This document shows positions 6,511 through 15,874 of a DNA stretch of 59,276 nt, piece by piece (the first letter of the stretch is position 1; each line of letters starts with the position of its first letter). The notes under the pieces are model-generated. The model saw only the letters and a list, made by a program, of their open reading frames with translations, ran no database searches and had not been told where the DNA came from. This stretch comes from a virus (lineage: Duplodnaviria > Caudoviricetes), in the IMG/VR virus record IMGVR_UViG_3300030118_002680, positions 1 through 59,276 of that record; one strand, 5' to 3'. The translations under genes and the position numbers were made by a program.

Positions 6511-7713
6511 ATGACTAAATTAGAAAAGTCGAACTATGACTATCTCAAGGAGGTACAATGGTTCAATCATGTAGAGTCAATGAAGATTGTCATGCATGAT
6601 AAGGAAACAGGTAGGACTACTAGCTTTACCTGTCACCTGAAAGAAGGTGAATCAGTTGCCGAAGCTCTGCTTAGAGAGAAGGTGACGAAAGACAGAGTTG
6701 ATGTGACGAAAGCAATCAATGACGGAGTACAGGAGTACATGCAATCATATATAGATAGAGAGTTGCTGAAGTACGACAAAGCTATTGCGATACACAACAT
6801 GTTGTGTGACCTGAAGGTCAAAGACAAGAGGACTTACTCGAGTGGTGAAACTTACGAAGGTAAGATAAGAAGTGGAGAACTAATCAACACTCTTCCCATG
6901 AACGATGAGCAGAAGATAGCTTATACCAATGACAAGTTTGTTGTGAAGTTCAATTGTCCATACGATTACGATTGGAGTAATGGTGGCAACAGAAGAGTGT
7001 GGGACAAGAAGAAATGTCTTGTTAGTTATATTCCTGCTTGTGACCTACACCTCACACTAGAGATTACCTCTCAAGCAGTCGAGCTTCCTGTTGGTGATGG
7101 CACCAAAAAGTTTCTGAAGCTCCCACTCTATGACTTGCAATATATATTAACCGAGACGGACAACAAGCCGTATCACCTGTGCCTACTCAACGCTTGTAAC
7201 AGGACTCGCAAGTGGTCGTCCAAGACACACAAGAATGAGTGGAACTACAAGTTCAGTAGCTATCGTGTAAACAAAGAGCAACGAGAAGTAAGCTTGAACA
7301 CATTTATTATCTACTGCCGTGAGAAATCCGAGGACAACAAGAGTATGTTTATTCAAGAGATGAAAGAGGATGTGAACGCAAGAGAAATGATGAATGAGTT
7401 ACGAGAAAAGTTTGGTGTTGATAATGTATCTCAATGCAACATGGGTAAATCAGATGTGAACTTTAACTATTGTTCTTATTGGGGTAGGTACGGCTCCAAG
7501 TGTGTGAAGATATCTTTGGAGGATGGTAGCTACATCCTGTATGACTTCAATGACCTGAAGAGATACAGAGACCTGAAGTTACTTGGATTATATGACAGCA
7601 CATATCAGAAAGAAAAAGTATCTGATGCGTACAAGAGAGTCATGACGACCAACAAGATAGATGCAGAGTTGGTGACGGACATGATGGAAGTATCATTCAA
7701 AAAAAATAAATAA
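6511..7713 (+). CDS. Hypothetical protein (400 aa)
   Basis: Long ORF; no recognised motif. Confidence 0.8.
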   Translation: MTKLEKSNYDYLKEVQWFNHVESMKIVMHDKETGRTTSFTCHLKEGESVAEALLREKVTKDRVDVTKAINDGVQEYMQSYIDRELLKYDKAIAIHNMLCDLKVKDKRTYSSGETYEGKIRSGELINTLPMNDEQKIAYTNDKFVVKFNCPYDYDWSNGGNRRVWDKKKCLVSYIPACDLHLTLEITSQAVELPVGDGTKKFLKLPLYDLQYILTETDNKPYHLCLLNACNRTRKWSSKTHKNEWNYKFSSYRVNKEQREVSLNTFIIYCREKSEDNKSMFIQEMKEDVNAREMMNELREKFGVDNVSQCNMGKSDVNFNYCSYWGRYGSKCVKISLEDGSYILYDFNDLKRYRDLKLLGLYDSTYQKEKVSDAYKRVMTTNKIDAELVTDMMEVSFKKNK

Positions 7714-7865
7714 TGCTGAGAATAAAAAAGCTTAGAACAAAAGTGATTTGTGTGTTTGATGAGGATGAAGGGGGACAGATAGATGTCTATCGTCCCTCGG
7801 ACTCCGAATACCAAATCTATTTAGAAATATATAATAACAAAAATAAAATCAAATACTATGGGTAG
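7713..7865 (+). CDS. Small hypothetical protein (50 aa)
   Basis: TAATG coupling; MLRIKKLRTKVICVFDEDEGGQIDVYRPSDSEYQIYLEIYNNKNKIKYYG. Confidence 0.5.
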   Translation: MLRIKKLRTKVICVFDEDEGGQIDVYRPSDSEYQIYLEIYNNKNKIKYYG

Positions 7866-8244
7866 ATATTATTATGGGGACATCGAAGGTAAGTTTATGT
7901 TCGCTGTCCAACCAAGTGACGCAGGAGAAAGGTTCGGTGCATACGAGACACCACAAGAACCATCATCAATTGACTATGCTGTAAGCAGAGATTCATACGA
8001 TAAACTCTCCAAAGAATTAAAAGAGATAGAACTTTCAGGTGCTGTAGCTAGAGTCGAGCATATGTGGGAAGAGTTAGAGAAGGAAGGACAGCATGGGTAC
8101 AACATGGAGAAGGATTGTGCAAGATTCAATGTAACTCCAAATGACTTATCGGAGTATGCTGATTGGAGAATGGGTAAGCAGATGAAGGATTACTTTGATA
8201 AGAATCCTGAAGCTGAATCATTATGGTTTAACGCAGAGCTGTAG
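7858..8244 (+). CDS. Phage hypothetical protein
   Basis: MGRYYYGDIEGKFMFAVQPSD N-terminus; operon context. Confidence 0.75.
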   Translation: MGRYYYGDIEGKFMFAVQPSDAGERFGAYETPQEPSSIDYAVSRDSYDKLSKELKEIELSGAVARVEHMWEELEKEGQHGYNMEKDCARFNVTPNDLSEYADWRMGKQMKDYFDKNPEAESLWFNAEL

Positions 8245-8246
8245 CT

Positions 8247-8399
8247 ATGAGTGATACGAGTAGATACATGGACAATTGGTCACGCAAGGCGTGTGCCGAT
8301 GAGTTAAGAGAAGTAATAATGTTTGGTGAATCAGACCGAGAACTCCTGATTCGTGACATCACCGAAATAATAGATAAATATATAGATTACAGGTTATGA
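8247..8399 (+). CDS. Small hypothetical protein (50 aa)
   Basis: Hand-translated MSDTSRYMDNWSRK...; ATGA overlap with the next ORF. Confidence 0.55.
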   Translation: MSDTSRYMDNWSRKACADELREVIMFGESDRELLIRDITEIIDKYIDYRL

Positions 8400-8572
8400 G
8401 TAAAATTTATAAAGCAATTGACAAAAGCCACAAGTTTCAGCTAGTATTATATAATATACTTGAGGACATCGTGGATGAGGATGAGTGTGTTGACACTCTC
8501 CTCCAAGATTCATTGGTTGATATAGCTGATGCCATAGAATCAAACCGACATAGAAGGTCTATGTGGGGTTAA
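8396..8572 (+). CDS. Small hypothetical protein (58 aa)
   Basis: Hand-translated MSKIYKAIDKSHKF...RRSMWG. Confidence 0.55.
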   Translation: MSKIYKAIDKSHKFQLVLYNILEDIVDEDECVDTLLQDSLVDIADAIESNRHRRSMWG

Positions 8573-8593
8573 CTAAAATTTAAATATAATATT

Positions 8594-8941
8594 ATGACAT
8601 TAAGTAAATTAGTATCCGTAATTAAGCATGCTCGAAATGAGAGCAAGGTGAAAGTAAAAATTCAGAACCGAAGTGTGTATCACAAGTTCGCAGAGGTAGA
8701 GATAGAGATTCCGAAAGATTGGAGAGATAAGGATGGAGTTAAAGATTATTATGATGGATACCTCCTCGATTATCTACATGACAATGAAGATTTGTATGCC
8801 GATAAAATGGATGAAGCAATCAGTAAAGCTGAGTACATCCATGGCAATGGCTCATATGATTATAGAGGAATGGATGATACTCTGTCTACAAGCGAGTGGA
8901 GATTTGAATGTGATGAAGAAGATGAAGGAGGACACCTGTAA
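8594..8941 (+). CDS. Hypothetical protein
   Basis: ORF track; AT-rich leader. Confidence 0.65.
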   Translation: MTLSKLVSVIKHARNESKVKVKIQNRSVYHKFAEVEIEIPKDWRDKDGVKDYYDGYLLDYLHDNEDLYADKMDEAISKAEYIHGNGSYDYRGMDDTLSTSEWRFECDEEDEGGHL

Positions 8942-8970
8942 TCTGTTGTTAATAAATAATTACGAAATGA

Positions 8971-9002
8971 TTAGGAATTGTCGATTTCTTTTCGTAATAT
9001 TG
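8971..9002 (+). promoter_or_regulatory. Variant early promoter TTAG-N20-TAATATTG
   Basis: Near-consensus; same TGTCG...TCG spacer as the promoters at 2606 and 5383. Confidence 0.55.
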
Positions 9003-9024
9003 TCGAACTTAAATTTAAAACACT

Positions 9025-9390
9025 ATGACAAAACTATTATCTTATGAAGGTGCAACCTTCAAAACATTAACCAACGATGAACACTATTTTGATGGTGGCA
9101 GTTGGAAAGTAGGAAACCTAAACAATGTATGCTACCAAGAATTAATTGACATCTTTGGACAACCCACATACCCAACGGAGAGTGGTGACTTCAAAGTACA
9201 AGTTGAATGGGCGATTGAAGTGAACGATGGTGACAAAGTTTATATCCTTAGAATTTATGATTGGAAAACTTATGACAGAGATTACACTTTGTCTCAGCTT
9301 AGAACTTGGAGTATAGGTGGTAACGATGAGGGTAATCCTTATCTGCTGAAGTCGTTTGTCCATGCACATCAATCAGTTGAACTTAATTAA
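9025..9390 (+). CDS. Phage hypothetical protein
   Basis: Y.EL...FG.P....GD.KVQVEW...IYDWK pattern. Confidence 0.75.
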   Translation: MTKLLSYEGATFKTLTNDEHYFDGGSWKVGNLNNVCYQELIDIFGQPTYPTESGDFKVQVEWAIEVNDGDKVYILRIYDWKTYDRDYTLSQLRTWSIGGNDEGNPYLLKSFVHAHQSVELN

Positions 9391-9397
9391 ATATATT

Positions 9398-9739
9398 ATG
9401 GCAAACGAAAACAAAACAATAGAAGAAGCTAAGAATGTATTAACTGAGTGTGGTTACGCAGTCACTTGCCTATGGCATATCCGTGATGTGAAAACTATGT
9501 ATCCTTATCTAAGTGATGACGAATGTCAGAAGGTATTGGAAGAAGTTCTTTCACATGAAGGTTTAACTGAAGAGCATTTCAATATCATGGACATCGTAGT
9601 CAACGACTTGTTCAGCGATGAGAAAACTGACACAGGACTTGACATTCCTTATCAAATGTATGAGGATGAAATAGTAAGGATGAAGATGGAAGGTAAACCC
9701 AAGGATGAGATACAAAAGAAACAGCAGGAGAATGGATAA
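9398..9739 (+). CDS. Hypothetical protein
   Basis: Start reassigned to ATG 9398. Confidence 0.65.
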   Translation: MANENKTIEEAKNVLTECGYAVTCLWHIRDVKTMYPYLSDDECQKVLEEVLSHEGLTEEHFNIMDIVVNDLFSDEKTDTGLDIPYQMYEDEIVRMKMEGKPKDEIQKKQQENG

Positions 9740-10037
9740 GAGATTGTATACCACAAAGGATAAGTTTAGTTGGTGGATTGTCACCGACAAAGCTGATAAG
9801 ATATTTGAATCAGGCAGTATTCCTTTATATGTTATATATGAAGACGAGTCTGAAAGTTTAATCGAGAGCATCGATGAGCTTCACGAAGCCATCAATCTTA
9901 ACCTACCCATAGCCATGGAGTTAGGTTATATAAAAGAAGAAAGACCATCTCTTTGGGATAAATGCGAGAGAGTATTGAAGAATGGTCATTGGTATGTGAA
10001 GCTATCAGATGTAGTAAAACAATTGAATCATGGCTAA
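9732..10037 (+). CDS. Hypothetical protein
   Basis: Start reassigned to ATG 9732. Confidence 0.65.
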   Translation: MDKRLYTTKDKFSWWIVTDKADKIFESGSIPLYVIYEDESESLIESIDELHEAINLNLPIAMELGYIKEERPSLWDKCERVLKNGHWYVKLSDVVKQLNHG

Positions 10038-10191
10038 AAAATTTATAACACATTGGACAATTAAAGTTAAGTGGAATGATGGGGAGGAAGAGTTTCTTGA
10101 GGATATACCTCAGTTCATAGCTACTCCTGTCGATGAGCATTTATCTGCAATAGAAATGTCTAGAGAAAATCATAGAAAGATATATGGCTAG
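10030..10191 (+). CDS. Small hypothetical protein (53 aa)
   Basis: Hand-translated MAKKFITHWTIKVKWNDGEEEFLED...; fills the gap, overlapping both neighbours. Confidence 0.6.
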   Translation: MAKKFITHWTIKVKWNDGEEEFLEDIPQFIATPVDEHLSAIEMSRENHRKIYG

Positions 10192-10471
10192 TACTGAAGA
10201 ACTAATAAAACAAGTGGCAAGAGATGTAGTTCTCTTGTTGCTTGAAAAGAACAAAGCTTATGGTGACACAGCTAACAATCCTCCTCAGATTTTTAGTAAG
10301 CTGTCAGCACGAGAGGGAATACTTGCACGACTTGATGACAAGTTGAGCAGAGTAAAGAACAAAGGACTGAACGATAACACAGAGGATACCATTAGTGACA
10401 TCATTGGTTATCTTATCTTGTATAAAGTTCAAGTATTAAAAGAGGAGTTAATTAAAAAGAAAGACAAATGA
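10184..10471 (+). CDS. DUF1599/Nmad1-like (MazG-fold) nucleotide-modification-associated protein
   Basis: KNKAYGD...RLDDKLSR...EDTISDIIGYLIL. Confidence 0.7.
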   Translation: MASTEELIKQVARDVVLLLLEKNKAYGDTANNPPQIFSKLSAREGILARLDDKLSRVKNKGLNDNTEDTISDIIGYLILYKVQVLKEELIKKKDK

Positions 10472-10761
10472 AGTTAAATATTTTCAATGACTATGTAACA
10501 GAGGTTGCAAACCTATATAACATAGAGGAAGAAAAGATATTTGAGAAGTCAAAGGAGAGAGGTATAGTTGACGCTAGACATTTACTTTACTATCTTTGCT
10601 ACTACAGACCTATGAAGCTTAAGTATATACAAGATTACATGGGTCAAAGAGGTTATGAGATTGGACACTCAAGTATCATTCATGGAATTCAATCTGTCCA
10701 TAAAGCTATGGCACAGGATGATGACTATCAAAAAGTTATTAATGAAATAAATGGTAAGTAA
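10468..10761 (+). CDS. DnaA domain IV-like HTH protein
   Basis: KSKERGIVDARHLLYYLC...GHSSIIHGI resembles the DnaA C-terminal R..IV.AR...YL...DH.TVIH. Confidence 0.7.
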   Translation: MKLNIFNDYVTEVANLYNIEEEKIFEKSKERGIVDARHLLYYLCYYRPMKLKYIQDYMGQRGYEIGHSSIIHGIQSVHKAMAQDDDYQKVINEINGK

Positions 10762-11164
10762 GTTCAAAGCAATAACATTAAAAGATATATGGATGGAAGC
10801 CAAGCAAGACGAATATGCGTCAGGCTTAGACGGAAATACATACGAAGCACGCATGGTCTTCGGTATCAAGATTGTTTATGACCATGATACAGATGGTGTA
10901 ACCATTTGGAATACGTCAAGAGGTGGTGACTTCTACACAGAAGTGATTGACCTTGACCCATTCTTTGAAGGAGGGTGGAGGTATGGAGTATATCAAACTG
11001 CTTTAAATAATTATAGATTCAAACTAGATAAAGTTGAAGAAGCTATGAAGAAAGAAGTAAATGGTAAACGAAATCCAAAACAAATAAAATCGTTGAAGAA
11101 TTCGAGAGTAAGATTACTCAATAAATATAATTATATTAGTGATAAATTAAATGAAATAAAATAG
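10751..11164 (+). CDS. Hypothetical protein
   Basis: ORF track; operon packing. Confidence 0.7.
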   Translation: MVSKFKAITLKDIWMEAKQDEYASGLDGNTYEARMVFGIKIVYDHDTDGVTIWNTSRGGDFYTEVIDLDPFFEGGWRYGVYQTALNNYRFKLDKVEEAMKKEVNGKRNPKQIKSLKNSRVRLLNKYNYISDKLNEIK

Positions 11165-11166
11165 AT

Positions 11167-11697
11167 ATGGCAAAATTAAAATCAGTAAACATCAAAGGGA
11201 AAGAGTATGTAGAAGTGAACGAGAGACTGCGTTACTTCAGAAGCACATACCCAAATTATTCTTTAACATCAGAAGTGTTAGAGAAGACAGACAAATCAAT
11301 CCTAATCCTCGCATCTATTATAAATGAAGATGGTAGAGTCATAGCAAATGGTATGGCAGAGGAAGAGAAAGGGAGTACCTTCATTAACAAAACATCATAT
11401 GTAGAGAACTGCGAAACATCAGCTTGGGGTAGGGCGTTAGCCAACTTCGGTATCGGACTTGATACTTCAGTTGCTTCGGCTGATGAAGTGCAGAACGCTA
11501 TAGCAAATCAAGAACCAAAGGGAGTATTGATGGACTTGAATGATGAGAAGATGGAAGATGTTCTTAAGTATGTGGTAGCCAACAAGAGCAAAGGTCTTGA
11601 GTGGATAGTTAAAAACATAAGTAAGAAATATAATGTAACTTCCAAGGTAAAGAACACTATAAAAAAGACGCTACAAAATGGAGACAAAGGTAACTAA
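11167..11697 (+). CDS. Putative single-strand annealing protein (Rad52/Sak-like)
   Basis: KGKEYVEV.ER...ENCETSA.GRAL..FGIG...ASADEV; adjacent to an exonuclease and SSB. Confidence 0.6.
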   Translation: MAKLKSVNIKGKEYVEVNERLRYFRSTYPNYSLTSEVLEKTDKSILILASIINEDGRVIANGMAEEEKGSTFINKTSYVENCETSAWGRALANFGIGLDTSVASADEVQNAIANQEPKGVLMDLNDEKMEDVLKYVVANKSKGLEWIVKNISKKYNVTSKVKNTIKKTLQNGDKGN

Positions 11698-12436
11698 GAA
11701 AGTAATTAGCTTACTTAAATCTGACACCGAGTATTACACAGGGATTGGAAAACAATTCTTATCCAATTCTGATATCGGAACTTTACTTAAAAACCCACAG
11801 CAGTTTGGTATACCTCAGCCTGATAATAAAAACTTTATCATGGGTAGGTACTTTCATTGCAAGATGTTAGAACCTGAGAAGCTAGGGGATTATTTAATAG
11901 CTCAGGTGAGTAGCAGAAACACAAAAGCATACAAGGAATTTTGTGCAGAGCATTTGATTCCTTATGCTATGCTTCAGCCTGAAAAAGAAATGGTAGATGG
12001 ATGGTGTGAAACTATGCTAGGGAACATGGAGTTCTATGATTTGATTCAGGATGGTTCAAACAAATATGAAGTGCCTAGTGTAAAGAACATAGGTGAGTAC
12101 GAAGGTGGAGCTTTATGGAAAGGTAAGGCAGACATTGTACATAAAGATTATGTGATTGACCTGAAGACAAGTGGGGACATCACCAAGTTTAAGAACAGCG
12201 TTTATAATTACAATTATGATTCACAAGGTTATATATATCGTGAACTCTTTGGTAAGCCTATACTCTTTCTTGTTATCGACAAGTCGACACATGTATTGGG
12301 TATGTATGAATTATCTGAAGAGACTTACGAAAGAGGTAAGTACAAAGTGGAACAAGCTCTTGAAGTTTATAAGACTTTCTTTGGAGAGAATAGAACAAAA
12401 GATATTGAGCTACACTATCTTAAGGGTACCATATAA
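11678..12436 (+). CDS. RecE/ExoVIII-like PD-(D/E)XK exonuclease (DUF3799-like)
   Basis: LSNSDI, G..FH...LEP, KGKADI...IDLKT, YDSQ..IY. Confidence 0.8.
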   Translation: METKVTKKVISLLKSDTEYYTGIGKQFLSNSDIGTLLKNPQQFGIPQPDNKNFIMGRYFHCKMLEPEKLGDYLIAQVSSRNTKAYKEFCAEHLIPYAMLQPEKEMVDGWCETMLGNMEFYDLIQDGSNKYEVPSVKNIGEYEGGALWKGKADIVHKDYVIDLKTSGDITKFKNSVYNYNYDSQGYIYRELFGKPILFLVIDKSTHVLGMYELSEETYERGKYKVEQALEVYKTFFGENRTKDIELHYLKGTI

Positions 12437-12583
12437 ATGGGTAGCCAATAAGATAAATAAGAAACAGACACATTGGATTATTCAAGTTCCATTAGAATTC
12501 AATGATGTCGATGACTACAACGAGTTTGTAGTAGCAACAAACAAATTAATGGAACGTAATATTAATATTAAAAATTATAGATT

Positions 12584-12838
12584 ATGGCACAGACTGAAGA
12601 AAAAATCTTTGCTGACGGATTCTCGTTCAAGAAGAGAGAGAATGCACCTGACTTCGTTGTCGGAAGAATTAGCGTGAAAGTAGATGACGCAATATCTTTT
12701 CTGAAAAAACATCAGAAAGGTGGATGGGTAAACCTAAATTGCAATCAGGCTAAGAGTGGTAACTACTACTTAGAGTTAGATACTTTCGTACCTAAAACTA
12801 CTGAAGTAAAAGAAGAGAAGGCTGACCTTCCATTCTAA
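12584..12838 (+). CDS. Putative single-stranded DNA-binding protein
   Basis: Small beta-rich protein with acidic DLPF C-terminus, located after the recombination genes. Confidence 0.55.
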   Translation: MAQTEEKIFADGFSFKKRENAPDFVVGRISVKVDDAISFLKKHQKGGWVNLNCNQAKSGNYYLELDTFVPKTTEVKEEKADLPF

Positions 12839-12845
12839 ATAAAAT

Positions 12846-12875
12846 AGGGAGGGGTTTTTTCCTCTCCCTTTTTTT
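12846..12875 (+). terminator. Intrinsic terminator
   Basis: agggaggg/ctctccct stem followed by a T-run. Confidence 0.75.
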
Positions 12876-12896
12876 ACTTACTTTTATTTTATTCTT

Positions 12897-12983
12897 GTAT
12901 ACGAGGGCTAAAAAGTTAACAAAGTATGCAAGTGACTGATAATCAAGACTAAACTTAACAGAAAGTTGACAGAAAGTCAACAG
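12897..12983 (+). repeat. Iteron-like element copy 2 (three tandem 11-mers, 12951-12983)
   Basis: aaacttaacag aaagttgacag aaagtcaacag, preceded by gtatacga...aaaagttaacaa...tgataatcaag. Confidence 0.8.
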
Positions 12984-12997
12984 CGAACCACTAAAAT

Positions 12998-15418
12998 ATG
13001 ACATCAGAACAGAAGATTACTATATTTAAAAACATAAAAGAGACAGACACACCATTCCACAGACCTGTCAAACACATACTTAAAAGAATCAAAGACGGCT
13101 CAACCAAAGAGCTAGTCAAACAAATCAGAGCAGAGAAAAGAAAAGCAGAACGCAACGAGCTGAAGAAGAATCTACCTGCCATTTGTTTCTCAGGAATATT
13201 TAACAAGCGTAACGATACATCCATCCAAGAACACACAGGGATTATATGTCTTGACTTTGATGGGTACGAAAAGAACAAAGACTTACTGCAGGACAAAGAG
13301 AACCTGACCAAGAACAATTTTGTTTACTCGGTTTTCATTTCTCCATCAGGCTTAGGTCTAAAGGTATTGGTCAAGATACCAAAGGACGCAGAGAATCATA
13401 TCAATTACTTCAATGCATTATCAAAACACTTCGACAACCCACACTTTGATGAGACATGTAAGAATGTATCTCGTGTATGCTATGAAAGTTATGACCCCCT
13501 TATATATATAAATGAGAACTCAAGCGAGTGGGACAAGATAGAGGAGAAAGAATACCAAGAGAAACATTCTTTGCGTGACCTACCTACGATACCAATCACA
13601 GATGAGAATAAGATTGTAGATATACTTACGAAGTGGTGGGTAAAAAAATATCCAATGAATGAAGGGCAAAGAAACAATAACACTTTTGTATTGGCATCAG
13701 CGTTCAATGACTTTGGAATCAATAAGTCCTTAGCTAGCTATGTTCTTACTAACTATCAAACAAAAGACTTTGGTGAGAGAGAGATACAAAGAACTATAGA
13801 TTCAGCTTATGCACAGACCCAAAACTTTGGGACGAAATACTATGAGGATGACGAAAGAATAAATACCATCAAGCTAAAGCTTAGAAGAGGTGTATCGAAA
13901 AAGGAAATCAAAAGTCAGTTGATGGATACAGAAGTTGAAGCAAGTGTTATCGATGCTGTACTTCAAAGAGTTGATGAAGAAAATAAAGAACAAAAGTTTT
14001 GGTCGAAGAGTGATAAGGGTGTAATAAAAATAGTACACATCTTGTTCAAACAATTCTTAGAGGACAACGGATTCTATAAGTATTGTCCTGAGGGTAGCAA
14101 GAACTATGTATTTGTTAAGGTAACTAATAACCTCATCGACCATACTGATGAAAAACAAATCAAAGACTTTGTGTTGAATCATTTGTTTCAGCTAGATGAC
14201 GCAAACATTTACAACTACTTTGCTGATAACACTAGGTTCTTCAAAGATGAGTTCTTATCGATGTTATCTACCATAGATATATATTTCATCGAAGATACTA
14301 AGAACACCTCTTATTTGTACTTTAAAAACTGCGCAGTCAAGATTACGCAAGACACTTTAGATATACTAGACTACTTAGATTTAGGTGGGTATGTTTGGAA
14401 AGACCATGTGATAAATAGAAACTTCAATGTGTGTGACTATGACGGAGCTGACTACAAGAAGTTCGTATATAATATATGCAAGAGAGAAGATGACCGAGTA
14501 AAGTCTATGGAATCTACGATAGGTTTCTTAATGCAGGGACACAAGAACCTCAGCTATTGTCCTGCTGTAATACTGAATGATGAAGTTATATCTGACAACC
14601 CTGAAGGTGGGACAGGTAAAGGAATATTCATGAATGCTTTGGCTCAGATGAAAAAGGTTGTGACTATAGATGGAAAATCTTTTTTCTTTGAACGAAGCTT
14701 CGCTTATCAATTGGTATCAGCCGACACACAGATACTAGTATTTGATGATGTGAAAAAAGCATTTGACTTTGAAAGGTTGTTCTCCGTAGTAACTGAAGGC
14801 TTAACCTTAGAAAAGAAAAACAAAGACGCTATCAAGATACCATTTAGTAAATCACCTAAGATAGCTATCACAACTAACTATGCCATCAAAGGTGCAGGTA
14901 ATTCTTTTGCACGAAGAAAGTGGGAGCTTGAACTACATCAGCATTATAATAAAAACTTTACACCCTTAGATGAATTCAAGAAGTTAATGTTTGGAGATTG
15001 GGATGACAACGAGTGGTGTAAGTTTGATAACTACATGATTAGCTGTCTTCAATTATATTTAGGTGAAGGATTAGTTAAAAGTAAATTCGTAAATTTAAAG
15101 ATAAGACAACTATCTGCTGAGACTTGTCATGACTTTATCGAATGGTGTGGAGTCATCAATGGTTCTATAGCTAATGAAAAACTTAGAGTAGATACAAAGA
15201 TAAACCTTCAGGATTGTTACTATGATTTCATAGAACAATACCCGGACTATGCACCTAAAGCAAAGCTGACAATCTCTCGGATTAGATTTAATAAATGGAT
15301 GGTATCATACGCACACTATCAAACAGGTGGCTCCCCTGACGAAGGAAGAGATGAGCATGGCAGATGGATAAGATTAAAAAGAATAGACGAACTTAACACA
15401 CAAACCAAACTATTATGA
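12998..15418 (+). CDS. Primase-helicase (BT4734/VirE-N-like AEP primase + PriCT + SF3 helicase)
   Basis: K..LP, CLDFD, FISPSG.GLK, EGQRNN, Walker A GGTGKG, Walker B LVFDD, ITTN. Confidence 0.85.
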   Translation: MTSEQKITIFKNIKETDTPFHRPVKHILKRIKDGSTKELVKQIRAEKRKAERNELKKNLPAICFSGIFNKRNDTSIQEHTGIICLDFDGYEKNKDLLQDKENLTKNNFVYSVFISPSGLGLKVLVKIPKDAENHINYFNALSKHFDNPHFDETCKNVSRVCYESYDPLIYINENSSEWDKIEEKEYQEKHSLRDLPTIPITDENKIVDILTKWWVKKYPMNEGQRNNNTFVLASAFNDFGINKSLASYVLTNYQTKDFGEREIQRTIDSAYAQTQNFGTKYYEDDERINTIKLKLRRGVSKKEIKSQLMDTEVEASVIDAVLQRVDEENKEQKFWSKSDKGVIKIVHILFKQFLEDNGFYKYCPEGSKNYVFVKVTNNLIDHTDEKQIKDFVLNHLFQLDDANIYNYFADNTRFFKDEFLSMLSTIDIYFIEDTKNTSYLYFKNCAVKITQDTLDILDYLDLGGYVWKDHVINRNFNVCDYDGADYKKFVYNICKREDDRVKSMESTIGFLMQGHKNLSYCPAVILNDEVISDNPEGGTGKGIFMNALAQMKKVVTIDGKSFFFERSFAYQLVSADTQILVFDDVKKAFDFERLFSVVTEGLTLEKKNKDAIKIPFSKSPKIAITTNYAIKGAGNSFARRKWELELHQHYNKNFTPLDEFKKLMFGDWDDNEWCKFDNYMISCLQLYLGEGLVKSKFVNLKIRQLSAETCHDFIEWCGVINGSIANEKLRVDTKINLQDCYYDFIEQYPDYAPKAKLTISRIRFNKWMVSYAHYQTGGSPDEGRDEHGRWIRLKRIDELNTQTKLL

Positions 15419-15645
15419 ACCTAGAAGAATATGTAGACGTAGCACATAGAAACTCCTATGATGTTATTATAAACAATAAAGATGCAAAGAACTTAATCGT
15501 AAGAGATGATGGGTATTTTATTCACCATCCTGCTGAACCTGTAACTAAAGATGTACTTGAAGATTTGAAGATGTACTTTAGTGAGATGGAGGAGTTTGAG
15601 AAATGCATAGAGATAATGAAATATATAGATGAAAACATTGATTGA
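15415..15645 (+). CDS. Hypothetical protein
   Basis: ATGA coupling; YF...EEFEKC motif. Confidence 0.65.
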   Translation: MNLEEYVDVAHRNSYDVIINNKDAKNLIVRDDGYFIHHPAEPVTKDVLEDLKMYFSEMEEFEKCIEIMKYIDENID

Positions 15646-15874
15646 TTTTTCTGACAAAGGTTTTAATGACTATGAATGCTTACAACAAGCAAAGGTATTG
15701 AAGAAGGTTATGTTTAATACCAAAGAAGTAAAGACAGGCAGAGGTAGGAAAGCAATTGTAACACATGAATTTATTTTTAACACAGAAGAAGACGACCAAG
15801 TAAGAGAGAAAATAATAAACACTATAAAACACTATGAAGCTAAGTTGGAGACCATACCAAACAAGAATAATTAA
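15629..15874 (+). CDS. Hypothetical protein
   Basis: ORF track. Confidence 0.6.
   Translation: MKTLIDFSDKGFNDYECLQQAKVLKKVMFNTKEVKTGRGRKAIVTHEFIFNTEEDDQVREKIINTIKHYEAKLETIPNKNN

Noticed and set aside
7770..7798. Hairpin gggac-a-gatag/ctatc-gtccc as another processing element
   Set aside because: Lies within a plausible 50-aa ORF and has no T-loop or ribozyme core; cannot be separated from chance
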